From Octopus vulgaris (lineage: Eukaryota), in NCBI GenBank assembly GCA_951406725.2, contig OX597834.1, positions 17,236,001 to 17,300,000 of the forward strand: 64,000 bases of DNA. Direction: 5' to 3'. Below the pieces are notes generated by a model that was not told the origin of the DNA, did not search any database, and saw nothing but the letters and a program-made list of their open reading frames with translations. A program made the position numbers and the translations under genes. Shown piece by piece: positions 51,500 through 63,480 of this stretch. How positions within the stretch are numbered: the first letter of the stretch is position 1; each line of letters starts with the position of its first letter.

Positions 51500-53260
51500 A
51501 ACCAATACACACGACACGGGGTCACGACCTCGCGACATCGTAACATTTCGAGAACGAGGCTAGTCTATACAACTTAGATAAAAACAAAAAAACGCGCGAA
51601 CTGTGAAAAATTAATCCAAAGGCAGAAGCGATGAGGCGTTTAGCATAAATCAAACCATTTTCTAGACATATCCATCATCTAGTTTTTAAAATTCGTTTTT
51701 ATCAACTCACTCATCTCTTATCATTTTAACTTCCATTTATATCTTTAGACTTATATATAATTTCAATCGTGTAATGATAACCCGAATGAGTATATGTCAT
51801 TAACCTAACTACACCGACCGACTGTTCATCTTCGTAAATATTTTTTTATCTAAATACCAAATAGAATTTGAAACAACTGTAAATTTTCAGGTATGTTTTA
51901 TAAGTTTGAACTACGATTCCAGCATTTTCGCCATTTTAAAAAAAATCTTATTCTAATTGTATAAAATTCACGCGTTTTGCGAGTACTGTGAGTTATACGG
52001 TAAACCGATTTCAATTCCCGATACAAACTGTTTTACATTTATGCGTTAGTTATCCAGGTTTTGGTACATCAATGCGTTTTACCTTGAATCCAGCGAACAA
52101 AAAAAAAAACAAACAAAAAAAACCCAGCCTGACCTCAAAGTAAAATCTTTTATTTACTCCTTTACTCGTTTCAGTCATTGGACCGTGACCATAAAAGGTC
52201 GCCGTCTTGAAGGGTTTAGTCGAATAAATCGACAACAGCTTATTTTTGAGTCTGGTACTTATTCTAGCGGTGATTTTTGCCGAATTACTAAGTTACAAAA
52301 GCATTGGTGGGACACACACCCTAAGATGAACAAATATTTATCTTTTAATTGTTTTAGTCATTTGACAGCAGCTATGTTGGGATACCGCCTTAAGGATTAT
52401 AGTCGAACGAATCGACTCCAGTACTTTTTTTTTTGACCTGTGCTATCGTTCGTTTTTACCAAACCTCTAAGTTACGGGGAGGTAAACACACCAACACCAG
52501 TTATTAAGCGGTGGTGAGCGCAAACACACACACATGTCCGACGAAATTCTTTCAGTTTCGGTCTACCATATCCACTCAGGGCTTTGGTCGTCCCGAGACT
52601 ATAGAGAAGAGCTTCTTTTTTTCAATTTTCGTCTTCTAAATCTACTCACAAAGCTTTGGTCAGCCTGGGGCTGTAAGGGGAAGAAACTTGCTCGCGGTAC
52701 CACGCTGTGGGACTGAACCCGGAACCATGTGGTTGGTAAAGAAAAAAAATAAAGCCACGCCGATTTAATTCTTGAGTTGCTCGCAGAGCATGGAGAATCT
52801 TAACGTATCTGTTCAATATTAAATACGTTTTGGAAAATGTGAACGTAAGGAAAAGCAACTACAATCTATTGTCATCGGTGTAAAGTCTTATCCGAGTCGT
52901 CAATCTGTAGCCCGTGATTGAGTATTTTCATCTTGATGGGTGCGAAGAGTGCCAGTTCTTAGGGTGGCTGTTCAGGTCAAGTGCGCTATGCAAGAGTCGG
53001 GGAATTAATCGCAAGGGAGAGCTGGTGGTGGACGAAGTGCGAGTCGCTTTTTGCCTCTTCGGCGTATGATCTGTTCCTCTTGATGTTCTGGAAAAGCAAC
53101 AACGATCTATATTCACGTTCGGATCGGCCAGAACGCATTTAGAATGAATAAATACGTTATTAATCAAGCATTTACTTTGGAACGTGAATCGATATACGGA
53201 AGTAAAGTTAAGTCGGTCACGCTGAATAATAAGTGAGGTGAGAGCGATTTGTGCGTGGTT
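51500..53260. promoter_or_regulatory. Probable divergent promoter region between the ZNF (-) and FLASH (+) genes
   Basis: CpG-retaining stretches outside the interspersed SINE remnants. Outward-facing donor candidates: minus GA|GTGAGT at 51710-51705, plus CAG|GTATGT at 51891 and GAG|GTGAGA at 53238. Confidence 0.4.
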
Positions 53261-53299
53261 GCAAACATTTCTTTCTATTTATCAATGATATCTTTTTGA

Positions 53300-53780
53300 A
53301 AGGGCCATACCTGAAACTTGTCTACTTCTGGTAGTGATTCAGCTATAAGAACAAGGTCATCAGCATAGAGGAGCTCCCAGGGGCAGCCTGTCTTAAATTC
53401 CCCTGTTATTGCTTAGAGGACTATGATGAACAAGAGGGGTCTGAGAACTGATCCTTGGTGAACTCCTACTTGTACCCTGAATTCTTTGCTGTACTCATTG
53501 CCAACCCTCACCTTACAGGGCTTGTACAGCTCTCACCAACCACTTGTCTATCCCTAGTTACCACATTGACTGCTAGATAATGGATTGGGGGACCCTGTCA
53601 AAGGCTTTCTCCATGTCAACAAAGGTCAAGTACAAGGGTTTATCTTTGGCTAGGTACTTCTGCAGCTGCCTTACCCGAAATATAGCATCAGTGGTGCTTC
53701 TCCCTGGCACAAAACCAAACTACATCTCATCTAGACTAACTCTCTCCTTAATTAGTTGGGCTATGACCCTTTCCTTCATG
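53300..53780 (-). mobile_element. RTE-like LINE reverse transcriptase fragment (decayed)
   Basis: Minus-strand remnants of FGF.PG.ST.DAI, D.EKAFD, GVHQGSVLRP and ELLYADDL, with frameshifts. Confidence 0.75.
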
Positions 53781-53869
53781 TCACATAAATCAGTGACACC
53801 TTATAGTGTCAAAAACATTTCATAGCCCCTCCCCCACTTTTTTTGTTTTGGCGTTTCATATAAGCTAGC

Positions 53870-54155
53870 GGAGGCGCAATGGCCTAGTGGTTAGGGCAGC
53901 GGACTCGCGGTCGTAGGATCGCTGTTTCGATTCCCAGACCGGGCGTTGTGAGTGTTTATTGAGCGAAAACACCTAAAAAAGTTCCACGAGGCTCTGGCAG
54001 GGGGTGGTGATCCCTGCTGTACTCTTTCACCACTCTTTCTTCTGTTGGCCTGCTCGCTTAGCCAGCGGGGTGGCGTCATTCGAAGGCTAAAACAATGCGA
54101 ACGCATTGTGACCAGCGATGTGTAACTACATCTGATGGACTGGTCGGTCACGTGA
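53870..54155 (+). mobile_element. tRNA-derived SINE
   Basis: ggaggcgcaatggcctagtggttagggc...tttcgattccc head; (tga)n tail. Confidence 0.8.
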
Positions 54156-54211
54156 TGATGATGATATAAGCCAGCAGGTGCATTAATATTGCTGCACAGT
54201 GTTTCATTATT

Positions 54212-54690
54212 ATCATCGTTTGACGCCCGCTTTCCATGCTAGCATGGGTTGGACGACTTGACTGAGGTCTGGTGAACCAGATGGCTGCACCAGGCTCCAA
54301 TCTGATCTGGCAGAGTTCCTACAGCTGGATGCCCTTCCTAAGGCCAACCACTCCGAGAGTGTAGTGGGTGCTTTTACGTGCCACCGGCACGAGGGCCAGT
54401 CAGGCGGTAATGGCAACGGCCACGCTCAAATGGTGCTTTTTATGTGCCACCTGCACAGGAGCCAGTTCAGTGGCACTGGCAACGACCTCGCTCGATTGTT
54501 TTTTCACGTGCCACCAGCACAGGTGCTAGTAAGGCGACACAGGTAACGATAACGCTTGAATGGTGCTTTTTATGTGCCACCAACATGGAAGCCAGTTTGT
54601 TGCTCTGGCAACGATCATGCTCGGATGGTACTCTTAGCGCTCCAATAGCCCGCATGCCAGTCATCGAATTTGATTTCGATTTCACTTGCC
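54212..54690 (-). mobile_element. SINE with ~5 internal ~65-bp repeat units
   Basis: Reverse copy of the 17000 family; repeat cores at ~54365, 54430, 54495, 54560 and 54625. Confidence 0.8.
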
Positions 54691-54694
54691 TTAA

Positions 54695-54914
54695 CCCTTT
54701 CGTTACCAACCCGGCTGAAACTGGCTCTGGCTCTGAGTACAAATGTCTTGTTTCCATGAGTTTTGAATTAAAATCTTCCACCAAACCTTGGTCACAATTT
54801 ATGTTCCTAACATTAGCTGAATGATAACCAAGTTATTTTACTAAATTCTTTGTTATACTTAAAGTAATTCAAAGAAACGCAGAGCATCTCAAAATAAATA
54901 CGGTAGCGAAAGGG
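54695..54914. mobile_element. piggyBac-type MITE inserted into a SINE
   Basis: TTAA-CCCTTTCGTTACC...GGTAGCGAAAGGG-TTAA. Confidence 0.85.
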
Positions 54915-55261
54915 TTAACAGGTCTTCAGAAGCAGAGTTTAGTGTCTGGTTTCAAATTCTGGTACAAGGTCAAAAATTTCAGGGGAAGGCTAAGTTGATT
55001 ATCTTGACCTAAGTGTTTAACTGATACTTATTTTTTTGTGAAAGGGAATGAAAGGCATTTGATGTCAGCAGAATTTAAGCTCCGGACACAGACGAATGAA
55101 ATGTCACTAAGCATTTTGCCCTGCGTGCTAACGCTTCTACCAGTTTGCCTCCCTATCTGCATGTGTGTATTAACAGTTATATCTCTGTGCTACATGAAGT
55201 TAAAGCTTTGTTAACAAAACTACTTTCATTTCTCATTGTAGTCCATAGCTGATATGCAAAG

Positions 55262-55366
55262 ATGAGTTTATCAGAATTTACTGAGCGACAACAAAATGGT
55301 GACCTTGACCTTTATGATGATATTCTCCGGGAAGACTTTGAATGCGAAAAGGATTCTATTAATGAG
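55262..55366 (+). CDS. CASP8AP2: FLASH/CASP8AP2 orthologue, first coding exon (LDLY motif)
   Basis: Not in the ORF track. Acceptor ttgtag ends at 55241, in-frame upstream TGA at 55250, ATG at 55262. Encodes MSLSEFTERQQNGDLDLYDDILREDFECEKDSINE, similar to vertebrate LDLYEEILTEE. Donor gag|gttagt, phase 0. Confidence 0.85.
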
Positions 55367-55499
55367 GTTAGTAAAAACAAAAAAAAAAATCAAAGTCTAA
55401 CATTGACCCTTTAGCTTTCAGATTACTCAGTCAAATGTAATGCGTACTTATTTACTAAGGGTTTTCGTATTTCAAGCTTTAATTAAGTTATCACTCCTA

Positions 55500-55765
55500 A
55501 GGAGCAAAGAGGTGTACCAAATCTTGGTTTGTAGTGCTCACTAGTGGTTGTGGCACTTTTGGTTTACAGTAAAGTCTTGATAATCCTACCCTGTGGTATA
55601 TTATCAAAAGCCTTCTGGTAGTCCACCCTCAATACAGTTAAGATCCTATGACTTTCAACTCTTTTTTGCTGAATCATTTTGTTAATTAGTAGCCCTTTCT
55701 TTCGTCCAGCTTGCTCAGGTGTTATAATGTTGGTGACACAATGATCCTGCAATCAAACCTGAAAT
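55500..55765 (-). mobile_element. R4/Dong-like RT fragment
   Basis: ITPEQAG...LLINKMI...VDYQKAFDNIPQ. Confidence 0.65.
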
Positions 55766-56193
55766 GGAGCTGGGGGAGCAGTAGGGTGCCCTATAACTAC
55801 ATTGCAAAGGACCATTGACAAGGAAAGGAGACAAGAAGGGTGAAGCTAGAATGAGACTAGAACAGTGGTAGAAAACAGCTGGTTGGAGAGATTTTGGCAC
55901 AGAGAGAACTAACGAACTTACTCTTTTGGTTGTTTTTGCTAACTCACTAAGTAACTTGGACATAAGCAAATCAACGTTGGCTGCCAAGTGGTGTGGTGTG
56001 AAGCGTACACACACACATACACACAAAGACGATGGGCTTCCACTTAGTTTCTGTTTCCTGAAATTCACTCACAAAGCATTTGTCAGCCTGGGGCTATACT
56101 AGAAAACCTTTACCCATGAAGTAGGACTGAACCCAAGACCATGTTTCAAAAGTAAGCTTCTTAACCATAAAAAATATCTATTCTTTGTTTCAG

Positions 56194-56384
56194 TTGCAAC
56201 AAAAATACCAGGAAGCTATGCAGAAGATTGCTACTTTGGAAAATACAGTAAAAGAACGCACATCTGCAATGGAAGTATTGGAGGAGAAAAATACAAACTT
56301 GCAAAAAAATATATTGAATCTGTACAAAACTGCATGCTTGACAATCAAGGGGAAAAGTGGTAATATTATTTCTTTGAGAGAGAA
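56194..56384 (+). CDS. CASP8AP2: FLASH/CASP8AP2 coding exon 2 (coiled coil, Lsm11-binding region)
   Basis: tttcag|TTG ... aa|gtaagt. Encodes NTNLQKNILNLYKTACLTIKGKSGNIISLREK, resembling human [32 protein letters not shown]. Phase 0 in, phase 2 out. Confidence 0.87.
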
Positions 56385-57228
56385 GTAAGTCTATTTGGTT
56401 TTTGTTTTACTTCTGTTTTTCCATGCTAGCATGGGTTGGGTGGTGACCTATTCTGAGGCAGTGTTTTGCAGTTTGGTACAATAGGTGCAGAAGTGGGTGT
56501 ATGGTTAAAAAGCTTGTTTCCCAGCCGTGTGATTTTGGGTTCGCTCCAGCTCTGTAGCACCTTGGACAAGTGTCTTTAACTATAGCCTCAGGCTGACCAA
56601 AGCCTTGTGAGTGGATTTGGTAGATGGAAACTGAAAAATGCTCCTCGTATATAATTTAAATGTCGCATCAGAGTTTTGTTCAGACAGTAACAAGTAAAGA
56701 AGCAGATTAAGTCAACATTGATGTGCCCGCATACACACACACCATCATTATCCACTTTTTTCTATGCTTACACGGGTCAGACAAAATTTGATGAGGTAGA
56801 TTTTTGTTAGGCTGGATGCTGTTCCTGTCACCAACACTTGTCTATTTCCAAGCAAGGTAATATTGCCTCATTGGTGATGCTTGATTATTACTATCTATCC
56901 CTTGATAGGAGATATATACAGGTGGGCAAAGTAGGTAAATGGTTGCTTAATATGAATGGAATCTTCTTATCATTTCTCTGTTAAACCTAAGTAATTCATA
57001 AGTCAGCTTAGGTATCTGCAGGAGATGCCTAGTTCATTGGGAACCCTGCTTTCTGGTTTCTGGGAACTTTGAATGAATGCTTGAGCCACAAGCATTTCAT
57101 GTTCTTCAGTGGTAACACTAATTGGCCAATCACAATTGGAACCTGGTACAGCTCTGTGGCTGGCCAGCTTGGAAAACAAGCATTAAATGAGCATGAGGAT
57201 GATGGCAATACAAATCAACCTATGAACT

Positions 57229-57634
57229 TGTAACGAAGGATCTGTTATCGATTCACTGAAAGGGTGTCGATATCCGATCTAGTCACATACAATTTTATAA
57301 GACAATACAGACGAAGTCAGGTTGTAGGTAAAAAGACAGCAGTTCGTTTATTTATTGCGATGTCGTACGTGTGTCTGATGGGAGAAAGACAGCCTCTGAT
57401 ATACAGCTTCGTGTTAGTTTGTTGGTGGTCGTTGGCGGCTATGTCGTGAGGTTGTCAGAGCCCATTGAATGTACGTCCGATCGCGATGAGCTGTGGAGCC
57501 GGAGAGAGAGATTTGAGTTTGGCGGGTAAGGGAACGTTTCCCGCACATGCACATGGGGAAGACTTCCGGTGGCCACCCGGAAGTAGTCCCATTCTGCGCA
57601 TGCGCTCTGAACCCTACACAGTAGCATCACTACA
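57229..57634 (-). mobile_element. Solo LTR (Gypsy-like), 406 bp
   Basis: TGT...ACA termini, TSD AACT (57225-57228, 57635-57638), CpG-rich, minus-strand AATAAATAAA at ~57346-57356. Confidence 0.78.
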
Positions 57635-57741
57635 AACTTGTAGAACATTTAACATATGTATTCTTTGTTTCTCACTCTGATAGTTGAAGATGTGATTTTA
57701 CAATGTAACATTAATTTTTCAATTTCTTGTTCTGTTTCCAG

Positions 57742-59325
57742 AATAGAGATCTATGAAAAAGAAAAGTGTTTGAAACAGATGCAGTCAGGATATTCACATT
57801 GGAATTCTCACCATCAGAGACACAAACCTTCTCAAAGAGATCAAAGAGACACTAAAGAAAATGATAGGAGACACTCTGATAGAAGACATTCTGATGTAAA
57901 AAATCCCCGATATTTCGATAGTAAGTCCAATTCTCACCATTCTGGCTCAAAAGAACAAAGGCATGATGACCGAAGATATGAAGAAAAGCACTCTAGTCGT
58001 CGAGATTTACAGAAGCCTGAAACAAAAGATAATGGATCGTTGGAAAAGAAATCCTCAAGACACTCCAAAACTAGAAATAATTTTTCAGATATAAAAATGG
58101 AAAATTCCTCAAGAGAACATAAAAAGGACAGTAGTAAACATCATGACCAAAAAACACCTTCATCTACACAAAAATTGTCTTCAAGGTCTGAGAATAGAAA
58201 ATCTCACACTACTCCACTCAAAGAGAAGTGCAATTTATCTAACAACTCCAGTGAGTCTGGTAGTGCCAAGAGACAAGATTCTAAGTTGATTGATTGTCAG
58301 CAGTCTGTAGAACCAATCAGTATATCTGCAAAACAGTCTGTAAAACCAATCAGTATATCTGCAAAACAGTCTGTAAAATCTACAGAATCCGATGCACAGA
58401 GCTCTAAATCTTCTACTGGAAAATTCTCTTCAAATGACAAACATCGCAGTAAAATGTGTGATCCAGTTGTAACTTCTCCAACATTGACAACTAAGTGTGA
58501 CAGAAACCGCTCGCCTGTTATTTCACCAAAGTATAAAGCCTCAAAAGTATTCAATAGTCCAGAACCTATAGTTATTAGATGTTTTGGAATGTCTAATTTA
58601 GAAGTTTCTCATTCTCCAATAATTATTCCTTGCTATTCTAGCAGTGCGACAAACTCGGGAGCACATGACTCAACAAGCAGTGAAGATTCTGATTCTGATG
58701 GTGCTGTGCCAAGAAGCAAAACTATTGTTCGTAAACTGTTTTCGCCAAGTAAAACTGAATGTAATCTGTCTGTAGAAAATTTAGTCCCAGGTGACAAACT
58801 TGCAGAGAATCACAGCCTGGAGTTTTTGAATGAAATGAAGAAGAAGCTATCGCAAGAAATTGCTGCCCATAACAGAAGGCAACAAGATGAAGATTGTGAA
58901 GATACAACACAGTTAGTTGATATCTATCAGACTCGTGATGAGGAATATTGCAGTAATGACAGTCTGAGAGAAGATCAGAATTCTCTCAAAACATTTTCTC
59001 CTCAGCCACAAAGTGATTTACATGCAGTCACTGAACAGTCAGAAACTGTGTGTGTAGACTTAGAAAAGGGGGAGATTGTGAGTGATGATGATGATGGTAA
59101 GACGAAAGACCAAACTCCCTCATACAAAATCTCATCTTCACAAATAAGGGTCAGTTCTCACAGCAAAAAACATTTGTCAAAGCATAGCACTAAGCATGGA
59201 AGTAAACATTCTTCAAGGAAACATTCCAAAAAGAGAAAGTTTTCAGAAGACGAGACATTAACGAAAATTAAGAATAAACATAATAACAGCTCTTCAAGAA
59301 GTGAAAACAAAAGACGAGAAATTCG
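57742..59325 (+). CDS. CASP8AP2: FLASH/CASP8AP2 large low-complexity coding exon
   Basis: Acceptor gtttccag ends at 57741 and is phase-2 compatible. 1584-nt open frame rich in S/K/H/R, containing DLEKGEIVSDD (FARB-like). Donor cg|gtgaga at 59326; the unspliced read stops at TGA 59327-59329. Confidence 0.85.
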
Positions 59326-59874
59326 GTGAGAATTGAGACCTTTGCAAAAGTTATCTTTAACTCCATCTTATTTAAGTAAAACTGAATTTTATCCTCCTCT
59401 TTCTTTTCATCCTGTTTATGAAATTGTATTTGTATGTTTATGTTACTTCCATGTCATTTCTACACCACGTCTTCATTCGAAAATACACCAAAATTATTAT
59501 TCAGTATTTATGTGTGCATGATTAGGAATTTAAAAAATTAAATTTTAATTAAAAAAAAAAAGTTAAACATTGATTTCAGTACATGAGTTTTGTGTTGCTT
59601 TGGTGTCTTATGTTGTTGCTTAACCCTGGGTCAGTCCAGATTGACCAGAATGTTGATGAAAGGTAGTGAAGCCATGCTGATTCATCTTTGCTTAACCCAT
59701 TCGCAAACCAGCCACATCCAGCCCAAATATTCTACCGGTTTTGTATTCAAAATGGCTAGATTTGGCTTCTCACACCTACCCTACAATGTCATTTCAAAAA
59801 ATAAACATTCACATCGTTAAAATCTTGAAACTATGAGATAATGCATAATTCAAAACAGTGTGAATAAATAAGTA

Positions 59875-60386
59875 CCGTAAATCCTCGAGTATAGTCCGCC
59901 TTTGAGTATAATATGCAGGGGATTTTTAAGGGACTGTACCTCTGAAAAACCTAAACCTTGCGTATAATACGCAGCCCTTCTCTAACTTGAGTCAAGGAAG
60001 TCTCTATAACGTCCTTGGTTTGTAAAAATGTATATGGTAATGTCCTTTATTATTATTGTATATATAACATAATGCAAACGTGTAGCTTTATTGTGCATTT
60101 TGTTTGCAAAAAATAAAGAAATAACAGTAATAATGTTTAATAAATGTTGCTTACTGCAAGATATGGATGATCCTTTTATGACTTCATTGCTTCCAGGCTT
60201 GGGTTAAGATATTTTCGTGCCCGACATCACAAAATGCGTCTGAATAAACATTGCCAGACAGCAAATAGAGACTCGGACATTGCTTAGAAAATGATTTTCA
60301 TTTTTAACCTCGTATATAGTACGCACTAGGGATTTTGACCTTTAAATTTTGGGGGGAAAATGCAGATTATACTCAAGGATTTACGG
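59875..60386. mobile_element. Tc1/mariner (pogo-like) MITE nested in a piggyBac MITE
   Basis: TA-CCGTAAATCCTCGAGTATA...TATACTCAAGGATTTACGG-TA; the host element runs TTAA-CCC (59696) to GGG-TTAA (60422). Confidence 0.85.
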
Positions 60387-60527
60387 TATTACATTTGACA
60401 GAGTAATCAGAATGCTAAAGGGTTAAAGTATAATTTATTGATATTCACTGTGTGCTCTATGGAGATGTAATTCTTTACCTCCTTGATTTTATAGTTTCAT
60501 AACTCTATTCTGCCTTATGTATTCTGA

Positions 60528-61491
60528 AAGGTTCAGTGCTTGGGCCCTTATTGTTCTTAGTCTTCATAAATGACTTGCCCGACGACCTCACGCAACATAC
60601 CCTTCTACTTGCCGACGATATCAAACTTGTCGCTCCTCGCGGTGATATAGAGGATCTTCGTCGATGCCTCCACCAAATTTGGAAGTGGTCTAACAAATGG
60701 GACCTGTGTCTGAACGTGTCAAAGTGCTATCATCTGCCTGTTGGCTCTCCTCCTGCAACTCAACTTGATTTCGAGCCGGGTCGTCTGCTGCTGGAGAGGA
60801 CGGATCAGGTAAAGGACCTGGGTAACTTGGTGGATTCCTCCTTTTCGCCTTCGGCCCAGTGCGTCCATGCTGCCAACAAAGCACGAGGAATTCTGTTCTT
60901 GATTCGACGGTCATTCGGAATGCTCACAGCAGCCATATTCCTACCACTCTATGTCACGCTGGTGAGACCCATATTGGAGTATGGGATTCAAGCCTCTTCT
61001 CCTTATCTCCTCAAAGACATACAGCATCTCGAAAGAGTCCAGAAGCTGGCTACCCGCATGGTTCATGGTCTCAAAAATTTGTCCTACGAAGAAAGGCTGA
61101 GGACGCTCGACCTTTATTCTCTTGAAAAACGCCGCCGCCGTGGTGATCTCATTCTCGCCCACAACATTATAAGCGGAAAGTGTAACCTCTCGAAAGAGCT
61201 GTTCTTCACTCCTGCTCCAGAGCGTCGGCTGTGGAGTCATTCCGAAAAGCTCTACCTGCGACGATTTCATCTCAATCGAAGGAGAGGAGCTTTCTCCGTC
61301 CGGGTTGCGGATCCGTGGAACAAGCTGCCAGACGAGATGGTGAAGATGCCGACGACCGCTTTGTTCAAAGCCTCACCTGGACCTCAAGTGGCCTGAACTC
61401 TTTACATGAACACCACCCTGTACTTAACTCCATGTCCCCCTACATGGCCTTGCTATTTGCTTTTGAGCCAAATTAACTAACTAACTAACTA
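60528..61491 (+). mobile_element. 5'-truncated CR1-like LINE (RT C-terminus, 3' UTR, (CTAA)n tail)
   Basis: Open 286-aa frame: GSVLGPLLFLVFINDL, LLADD, LYVTLVRPILEYG, RRRRGDLI, FSVRVADPWNKLP; tail taactaactaactaact. Confidence 0.9.
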
Positions 61492-62059
61492 TTGGTCAGA
61501 CTCCTGTCTTCATCTTGATTGTTATTTTCACTACATTTTGGTTGTTCTGCGCTTCAGCCTTCTCCAGGTGTTTCGTGGCCGAAGCCAGTGCCGCCTCGAC
61601 TGGCTTCCGTGCAGGTGGCACGTAAAATGCACCAATCCGACCGTGGTCGATGCCAGCCTCGCCTGGCACCAGTGCAGGTGGCACGTAAAAAGCACCCACT
61701 ACACTCACGGAGTGGTTGGCGTTAGGAAGGGCATCCAGCTGTAGAAACATTGCCAGATAAGACCGGAGCCTGGTGCAGCCTTCTGGCTTACCAGATCCCC
61801 GGTTGAACTGTCCAACCCATGCTAGCATGGAGAACGGACGTTAAACGATGATGATGTGATTCATTTTAAGACCTGCTGAGCTATGGGTGTCTAGCTCTGT
61901 CAGCATGGTTCACAGATTATTTGGGGTTTCAGCAATGAGTATGATGTCATCTGCAAATTTGAGGTGTGTTAGTAGCTTGCCTTTGATATTCATTGCAAGG
62001 GCATATCCGAAATGAGGTAATTTGAGAATGAATCTGGGCAAGCTATGTGATCACAGAAG

Positions 62060-62630
62060 GCTGAAAGCACCAGATTGGACATGCTGCAAGGTTAACAGGT
62101 AACAGGTGGGCTTGTACAGTTACTCGGTGGTAGCCAAGAAATTGGAAAACACCACTTCGAAGGTTTCCACAAAATGGGAAGACAAATTAAAGGATTTGGG
62201 CTGAAATGGAAAAGAGTGGTGCAATCAAGAACAACCATGAAACCAATGGTTAACAAATGTGGACGTCCAAACTGTGGAACATGCCCCAACCTACTGGAAG
62301 GCTTGGAATTCCAATTCGAACAAGGAGAGAGGTTCACAATTAAGACCAATTTCACTTGTACATTTGAAAATTTAATTTGTTGTAACTTGTTCAGATTGTG
62401 GACACAACTATATCAGACAGACAAGTATGTCACTTAGATGGAGAACCACACTACATAAGGAATAGATTGGTTTCCCAAAATATAGACAGGTACCTTTGAG
62501 TGAACACAGATGTGCAAGGTATCTCCAACCAAATTTCAGTTTTCCCCATCTACCAGTGCAAAGAAACAATTACTGTACAAGAACATTTAAATAAAGAAAA
62601 TTTATTTATCGAAAAATACAGAACATGAGC
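62060..62630 (+). mobile_element. Penelope-like GIY-YIG endonuclease fragment (decayed)
   Basis: KCGRPNCGTC...FTIKTNFTC..ENLI, then frameshifted C..CGHNYIRQT, matching the PLE Zn-knuckle/GIY-YIG region. Confidence 0.72.
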
Positions 62631-63480
62631 AGAATCAGCTTTGGTCTCAGTATATATTTTAATTCATGATCACGTATCATTCACTGTACATATTTCATCT
62701 CACTACTTTAGCTCATGAGTTTTTGTTATGTTCGTTTATCCCACCCAAAATATGAGCAATTATACCCCCTGTCCCAAATAATAGTTATCACCAGTTACTT
62801 CCTCTTAAATTTTTGTGCTTTCATACAAAAATATGGACTAAAAAGTTCGTAAGAAAATATAAAATCACAATTTCAATGTCGTGATTAGCGAAAATGAAAC
62901 CTGTAGACAACCACAATACTCTTTCATTTAAAATATATTAAAACTATGTAAATCGTATGCATTTTCCTTTTATTACAATTCACCAAATGGGGATAATCGA
63001 AATTCTCTTCTGTTTTATATAATTTACACACACATGACAGGCTTCTTTCAGTTTCCTTCTACTAAATCCACTGGCAAGGCTTTGGTTGCCCTGGGGCTAT
63101 AGTAGAAGACACTTGCTGAAGGTCCCATGCAGTGAGACTGAACCTGAAACTATGTGGCTTGGAAGCAAACTTCTTACCAGACAGCCACTCTTCCTATATA
63201 TAAACACACAGGGTTATAGTGTTGGGTGTGAATAGATATTATTCACAGCTAAACAAAAAATTGGTGCAAATGTCGATTGAAAAGGAATAGCATTTTATAA
63301 GATTTCCACTTTAGAAGTCACTGTTATAAATATTACTGGAATTTTTATGAAGTGTTGTGACAAAAATCACTATCTGTATACTTTACTAAATGCCTTTTAT
63401 AGTTAATATTTCAATTATAAATGGATTTGGTATTGTTTGATTATTGGAATATAGTTATGTTACTAGTATTTATTTTACAG

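Noticed and set aside
52928-53167. GC-richer 79-aa ORF
   Set aside because: No recognisable domain in any frame; more likely promoter, UTR or TE remnant.
53870-53945. tRNA gene
   Set aside because: A/B boxes are present but the acceptor stem is not closed and the sequence continues into a SINE body; the same applies to the other tRNA-like heads.
54360-54650. CRISPR-like array of conserved ~22-nt cores with ~40-nt intervening sequences
   Set aside because: The spacers are homologous to each other, the array is inside a SINE, there are no cas genes, and the context is eukaryotic.
57656-57741. N-terminus of the 557-aa ORF as a real start or signal peptide
   Set aside because: It is intronic read-through upstream of the acceptor at 57741, which joins exon 2 in phase.
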